Positions 14,155 to 19,382 of a DNA stretch of 19,382 nucleotides are shown here, piece after piece. This DNA comes from Ginkgo biloba. Taxonomy: Eukaryota > Plantae > Ginkgophyta. Location: assembly GCA_024626585.2 (NCBI GenBank), contig JANKJI020000004.1, positions 152,423,026 through 152,442,407 on the forward strand, in the 5' to 3' direction. The stretch's first letter is position 1, and each line of letters opens with the position of its first letter. Both the position numbers and the translations under genes were made by a program. The notes under the pieces were generated by a model. The model was not told where the DNA came from. It searched no databases and was given only the letters and a program-made list of their open reading frames with translations.

Positions 14155-14943
14155 ATGATGAGGGGGAACCTGCAGATGATGACTGTTATTGTCTTTGGGT
14201 TGTTGTTCATGGCATGCCATTCCAAACCGCTACACGATGATGTCCAAGGTAAATCAATATCTACAACCGCTTTTGTCAATTTTCTCTGTGTTTGTCATTT
14301 GTTTAATGTTTAAAATATGTCAACTGGTTGGCATTCTAAATAGAATCTCTGATCTCTTGCAACAGTATACAGTGTCTCCCAAATACAGAATCCAATAGTC
14401 CTTGAAGAAGCATCACATGAGGATACAAAAGTATGTAACATATATTGCCTATAGCCATATAGTAATTTCCACTGTCACCTGCGAAGNNNNNNNNNNNNNN
14501 NNNNNNNNNNNNNNNNNNNNNNNNNNNNNNNNNNNNNNNNNNNNNNNNNNNNNNNNNNNNNNNNNNNNNNNNNNNGAGTACAAATGAGGAATGTTATGGG
14601 AAGAAAATTGGCAGAGAAGACTGTGGAGACAATACATCTTCAACACGGCCATGGTCAATCTGATCATCACCCATCAACATCTGATGACAGGCATTTGTCT
14701 CAGAAGCGAAGGATTCTATATGTTTCAGCACCGGCCTCAGAGAAGAGCTCCCCATTACACACTTTCTCAGGTGTCAGCCCAATGCATAAACATGAAGAAT
14801 CCTTGCAGAAAACTGAATTAGATGATTTGGATGCAAAGAAAAGCAATGCGGTTGCCTGGCCTAGAGCTTCCGAAAAACATGATCAGCCCACTTTTCATGT
14901 TGACTATAGTGGGCCAAAAACCCATCCCCCTAAGAATAACTGA
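14155..14943 (+). CDS. RGF: Root meristem growth factor / GOLVEN / CLE-like (RGF/GLV/CLEL) prepropeptide, 3 exons
   Basis: Exon 1 14155-14248 (MMRGNLQMMTVIVFGLLFMACHSKPLHDDVQ, hydrophobic signal peptide; donor G|GTAAAT, phase 1). Exon 2 14366-14430 (acceptor TTGCAACAG|; VYSVSQIQNPIVLEEASHEDTK; donor |GTATGT, phase 0). Exon 3 starts inside the N-run 14487-14575 and runs to TGA 14941-14943, ending FHVDYSGPKTHPPKNN, the 13-aa DY....HPP.xN family motif. The start codon is uncertain (in-frame ATGs at 14107, 14149, 14155, 14158, 14176, 14179). Confidence 0.9.
14902..14940 (+). other. Predicted mature peptide DY(SO3)SGPKTHPPKNN
   Basis: Asp-Tyr sulfation motif, Pro at positions 9-10 and terminal Asn directly before the stop, as in Arabidopsis RGF1 (DYSNPGHHPPRHN). 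Confidence 0.88.
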
Positions 14944-15100
14944 GCAGTACTCGTGCTGCAACTTATGTATAATATCTTCCGAGGGGGGAAAACAAAATTA
15001 NNNNNNNNNNNNNNNNNNNNNNNNNNNNNNNNNNNNNNNNNNNNNNNNNNNNNNNNNNNNNNNNNNNNNNNNNNNNNNNNNNNNNNNNNNNNNNNNNNNN

Positions 15101-15830
15101 AGACTACTAGGGAGGAGGATTTTATAAACCCTTTTTCTATAGAGATATTAAAGGAAAAATTTGATAGACTTGTCTATATACTCACTAAAATCCTAAAATA
15201 TTTAGATATATTAAAGAGTCTAAATTTATCTCCATCATCTACTTCAATTACACAAAGGGATAAGATGATACAATAGAATATTGATGCAATGACTGAGTAG
15301 AATCAGTTACTTGTTCAGTAAATTTAGTGTTGGAGTAAATTTAACATTAAATGTTNNNNNNNNNNGAATATGAAAAGTAAGGAAGACAAAATTAAGAGTC
15401 ATAGCATTGCATTTTATAATGGAGATTGAGGTTGATGTGATATAAGAACTATTCCCGGTTAGAACCAATTCTAGTAGCAAATTTATAACATTGTAAGTTG
15501 GCTACACCATTTAATAAAATATTTTATTTCATGTGAATCCTATTATTTTATTTTTCTATGCATTCAATTTTATATATATTTTTATATTTTTGATATGGTA
15601 TCAGAGGCGAAGGCTTTGTGATCTTGACCTGTGAGGTGATTTTAACGTTGAAAATAAAGATATACAAAATAAGGGTTTATAGGTTGATTTTAAAAAAATG
15701 AAGAGTGACTATGGATTAAAAATGATACCATATAAAGTGTGATAACCATGGATTATACAAAATGATCATATGTTGATCTATATAGAAGAAAGAGGTGACC
15801 ATGGATTAAACACGGTGACCAGATACAACA
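15101..15830 (+). mobile_element. Probable LTR/PBS remnant between the two RGF/GLV coding regions
   Basis: TGGTATCAGAG at 15596-15606 matches 11 of 12 nt of the tRNA-Met(i) PBS. It is preceded by AT-rich LTR-like sequence and followed by short degenerate repeats (ATGGATTA at 15711, 15748, 15801). Boundaries uncertain. Confidence 0.4.
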
Positions 15831-16392
15831 CAAATATGAGATGGGAAAATTTTACAAGTAGCCTTATACCAGGAGCTTTAATACGCAGTTTTCTCTTTGT
15901 ACATAGATGAAGCTTTTTTATTATATTTGAGATTGTTATTATTATCAGAATATTGTAAAATCAAGTAGATATTTTATCATCTGTTGCTTATGATCTCGAG
16001 TACCGATAACTCATATATACGACTGACTCGTCTCCATGTAATGCACACCATGATTGAATACATTTTGTTTTGTCGTAATGGACACTGCATGGAATCGATG
16101 ATGTCTGGAATTTAATATGCCACTACGTAGCTGTTTCTTAGATAAATATATCATCCAAATGTTGACTTTCTGTTATGCACTGACATGAGGACTACATTTA
16201 GAATATATATATATATCCTATGCATCGAAACTATTGCAGATATATTGGTATTGGTTCAGCTGCTGCATGCTGCATGTTTGCCATGAATTCTGGATTTGTG
16301 TTTCAGTTATGGGGTTTGTTATAGAATTTTTGTGGGGGAATGAATAACATGTTTGTCTAATACAATAAACTAAATATGATTTGCTGCTGCAG

Positions 16393-16657
16393 GAAACCAG
16401 GCAGTGTCCTCCACAAATAACATAAAAGCAAGGACAAAGAATGAAGTATTACCATCTATGGATCATATTCCTGCTCCACCATCCTCAAATAAAAGCCCTC
16501 CAAACGTAGGGCAGCCCCCTAGAGTTGGGACATGGTCCAAACTCAGACCTTCACTGTTCATGCAGGATCAAGGCGAGCAGATAGTGGGGACCTGATACAC
16601 ATGGACTATTCTCCTGTACACAGACGGCCTCCCATACACAATGAATTGTCCCCTTAG
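16393..16657 (+). CDS. RGF: Second RGF/GLV/CLEL coding region (GLV1/CLEL6-like peptide); exon structure unresolved, possibly a pseudogene
   Basis: The frame open from 16523 reads SWDMVQTQTFTVHAGSRRADSGDLIHMDYSPVHRRPPIHNELSP* (stop 16655-16657). The peptide DYSPVHRRPPIHN is at 16604-16642 (compare GLV1 DYPQPHRKPPIHNE). A good acceptor TTTGCTGCTGCAG|G at 16392/16393 opens a different frame (NQAVSSTNNIKARTKNE..., ORF 16404-16595). The peptide frame has TAG at 16520-16522, so an intron or a frameshift is needed to join them. Confidence 0.75.
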
Positions 16658-17642
16658 ATAGAAGGGAAGATATGCAGAAAGGCACTATTGAGTACATGAG
16701 AGAGTCATAATGATCATTCAGTCACCATTGTATTGTAAAAATATATACATGGAAATCTACATCATCATGTTAGTTAAAAGCAGATTATCCATACCAACTT
16801 TCAACGCATAAGGCCAATTATTGACGTACAATGACCAGTCTAGTCCGTGATATGTGTTAAAGGTGGATCAATCAGATGAGGGTCTTGCAGCACAGTCGCT
16901 GCTGCCCCATTTTGAATGCAATGTTTTGGTCTTATATTCTCCAATTTTTAATTAAAGTTCACGGAATTTGGCTGTTCTTAGTGTCTCTTCCATTTGTCTT
17001 CCTTGTGTTGACTAAAGTCTGAACAATGTATTCGTGATTTTATGTTGGGTTCCTATTCCATTACTTTCAGCACTAAAATTTGTCCAATGTGCATTCATGC
17101 TTCGTAGACTTAGTAACGCTATCTTTCCACCTAAAACAACATGATCATGTGCTGGCCCTCATAGCTTTCTTTGCCTACGACAAGAACATGCAAACTAGAA
17201 GGAAAACTGCACACGGAATTGACCCTAATCACTATCCACTGCACGTTCCACCTCACCCGCCGTATAAGACGCTATATACTCTCACAATTGCCATTCCACA
17301 CCTTGAATTCTTAATTATTTTATTTTGTTTTTACAATGAAATGTTTATGTTGGACTCTCCCGGGTTAGATTGTTTTTTTAATCATTGTGATTGTTTTTTT
17401 ATTATTCTAATTCTATTGTCAAAATAATGTTGGATCATGATATTACTATGATTCATAGTTAATTTCCTTTCTTTTTATATGTGAGTGTTGATGCCATGGT
17501 TTGAGATACTTATATTGAACAAAAGTAAACATACATTTAGTTAGAATCGCAAACCTCTTTACAAAAAATCAATTACGAGTGCAAGTGTGATATTTTCATT
17601 ATATAACCATACCACATAAAAATGGATGTCTTAATTGTTCTT

Positions 17643-17884
17643 AAGAAGAGCAAGATAGAGTTCCCGGGGGTTTGGCGCAACGGCCATGGCTTTGCACTGA
17701 TATCCACCAGATTGAGGTTCTATTCCCCTCGATTTATCATCTGCGGATAGTGAGGGGCCGCTTTCCCGCGACTAGAGTTTATAGGGATAAGCTCGACTCG
17801 AATCATCGTCTATGGTAAGAAAATTAGCTTCGCTTACCGATTCCTCTAGTTTCTAAAAAATAAAAAAAAGAAGAGCAAGATAGA
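17643..17884 (+). mobile_element. tRNA-derived SINE (body 17660-17867) with a 17-bp target-site duplication
   Basis: Perfect direct repeat AAGAAGAGCAAGATAGA at 17643-17659 and 17868-17884. Pol III A box TGGCGCAACGG (17673-17683) and B box GGTTCTATTCC (17716-17726), 32 nt apart. CpG-rich body and an A-rich tail ending at 17867. Confidence 0.88.
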
Positions 17885-18714
17885 TTAGTTTCAAAGTTGG
17901 GAATAGAGATGGTCTTCTATGATGCCCTTCATCATTTCTAGAGAATTTTGAATCATAACTTGATCTAATCACAATTGTTCAATATTGTATCCAAAAGGTT
18001 ATTGGATTCTGGTCCTTATCCTCTGCTTGTTCCACCACTTCTTCCCCTTGGACATTTTCTACTAACTTGAGGTGCTCAAAAGGAGTTTTATACCTCTTTT
18101 TTCTACTAGGCCTAATACCATGGGAGGCATGTCCCTTTGTTGTACTTCCTGCTTATTATGTGTCATCCCAATAATGAGTTACATATGAGAATGTTTTTCC
18201 ACTTCATCATCCTAATTGAAAAGGATGANNNNNNNNNNNNNNNNNNNNNNNNNNNNNNNNNNNNNNNNNNNNNNNNNNNNNNNNNNNNNNNNNNNNNNNN
18301 NNNNNNNNNNNNNNNNNNNNNNNNNNNNGATATCCTTATTTATATAAATATATGGAAGGAATATGTGAAGAATGTATAAATTATTCTTAAATAATCGAAT
18401 AAGGAGTAGCTTCATGCGAACCTAAAAAATTGAACATTTTCCATAAGGGAATTAATCTACCTAGGATTTAAGGTAGATGGATTGGGGATCGAGATAAAAC
18501 CTACCAAATTGAAATCATGTCGAATTGGCCTAAAATAAATAACTTACATGAGATTATAATATTCATGGGTTTGGCCAATTAGTTGATAAAGTTTATTGCA
18601 ATCTATTTAGAGATATCCATACCCCTTAATGAATTGATTAAGGGGAGTTTCATGCCCATTTGTATAGAGAGATAATAATAAGATTTTGAGGATCTCAAGT
18701 ATAGAATTTGCAAT

Positions 18715-19382
18715 TACCTTTTACTATAATTGTCAAACATTATATTTCCATTTGATATTAAGGTAGATGTATCAAGATATGCATTAGGAGTAGTCTTGAT
18801 CTAGTAAGGTAAGTTAGTTTCTTATCATTCAAATACTTTTTATCAAATTTTTATAAGGGTTCTACACTTATGGTAAGGAAATTATGTGTTGGTTCAAGTA
18901 GTGAATAATTATAGGTACTACCTTATTAGAAAGGATAAAATTATACATTCATAGAATAATCCACTTTAGTATTTATAGATTCAATCTAAGATACAAAATA
19001 CTAGGCATATTAAATGGGTCACATACTTGTAGCAATTAAATATTGTCATTAGGTATAAGAAAGGTACTAGTAATTAGATTATTTATATTATCTTGATTCT
19101 CTAGATTTTATCTTTGATATGTTTGATCATACTTGATCATTTTGAGTTCGTTAAATTTAAGGATATTTACAAAGATGATAATTATTTCACAGAGATATAC
19201 TCTACTATACAACACCCCTCTATGCTATAATATGAACAACTAAGAGATTACCATATTAAAGATAGAATTTTATACATAGGATATATAATTTATGTGACAT
19301 AAGGAGGGAACATAATTTATTTAATAAGAGAATATCACCATTATAATATGGTAGGTAACTTTATAATGAATAAAACTATATA
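18715..19382 (+). mobile_element. Degenerate Ty3/gypsy pol remnant: RNase H and start of the integrase zinc-binding region
   Basis: From 18748: PFDIKVDVSRYALGVVLI**GKLVSYHS, then STYGKE, VLVQVVNNYRYYLIRKDKIIHS, RHIKWVTYL*QLNIVIRYKKGTSN, and near the end LIREYHH. These are decayed versions of the gypsy motifs PF...DAS..A.G.VL, Y.KE, RW...L..F..I.YK.G..N and LI.E.H, with stops and frameshifts. Confidence 0.85.

Noticed and set aside
15620-15640. tasiR-ARF-like TCTTGACCT, and a miR390-site-like GGCGCTAACCC near 13326
   Set aside because: Only short partial matches, far apart, with no TAS3 two-site architecture.
16441-16509. Short ORF MKYYHLWIIFLLHHPQIKALQT resembling a signal peptide
   Set aside because: It ends in a stop, is in a third frame, has a short hydrophobic core, and has no plausible intron linking it to the peptide frame.
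17080-17427. 115-aa ORF, plus ORFs 13257-13697, 281-523 and other 60-110 aa ORFs
   Set aside because: No recognisable motifs, several have non-ATG starts, and their composition reflects AT-rich non-coding DNA.
17666-17735. tRNA gene
   Set aside because: A and B boxes are present but I could not fold a full cloverleaf. The TSD, extra body and A-tail indicate a SINE.

Overview
AT-rich, partly N-masked plant nuclear DNA. The transposon decay pattern and one element ORF look gymnosperm-like, which is an inference. About 1-12 kb and 18-19.4 kb are mostly heavily decayed LTR-retrotransposon remnants (gag zinc knuckle, aspartic protease, Ty3/gypsy RNase H-integrase). The main content is a tandem pair of RGF/GOLVEN/CLEL sulfated-peptide hormone coding regions on the + strand. 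Locus 1 (about 14155-14943) has three exons, a signal peptide, subtilase-type sites and the C-terminal peptide DYSGPKTHPPKNN. Locus 2 (about 16393-16657) encodes DYSPVHRRPPIHN+ELSP, is missed by the ORF track and has no convincing signal-peptide exon of its own. It is either a disrupted paralog or a spliced unit that could share exon 1 of locus 1, since the splice phases are compatible. Also present: an apparently intact tRNA-derived SINE with a perfect 17-bp target-site duplication (17643-17884) and a 3-copy 93-114 bp tandem repeat. No prokaryotic systems, CRISPR arrays or RNA genes are supported.
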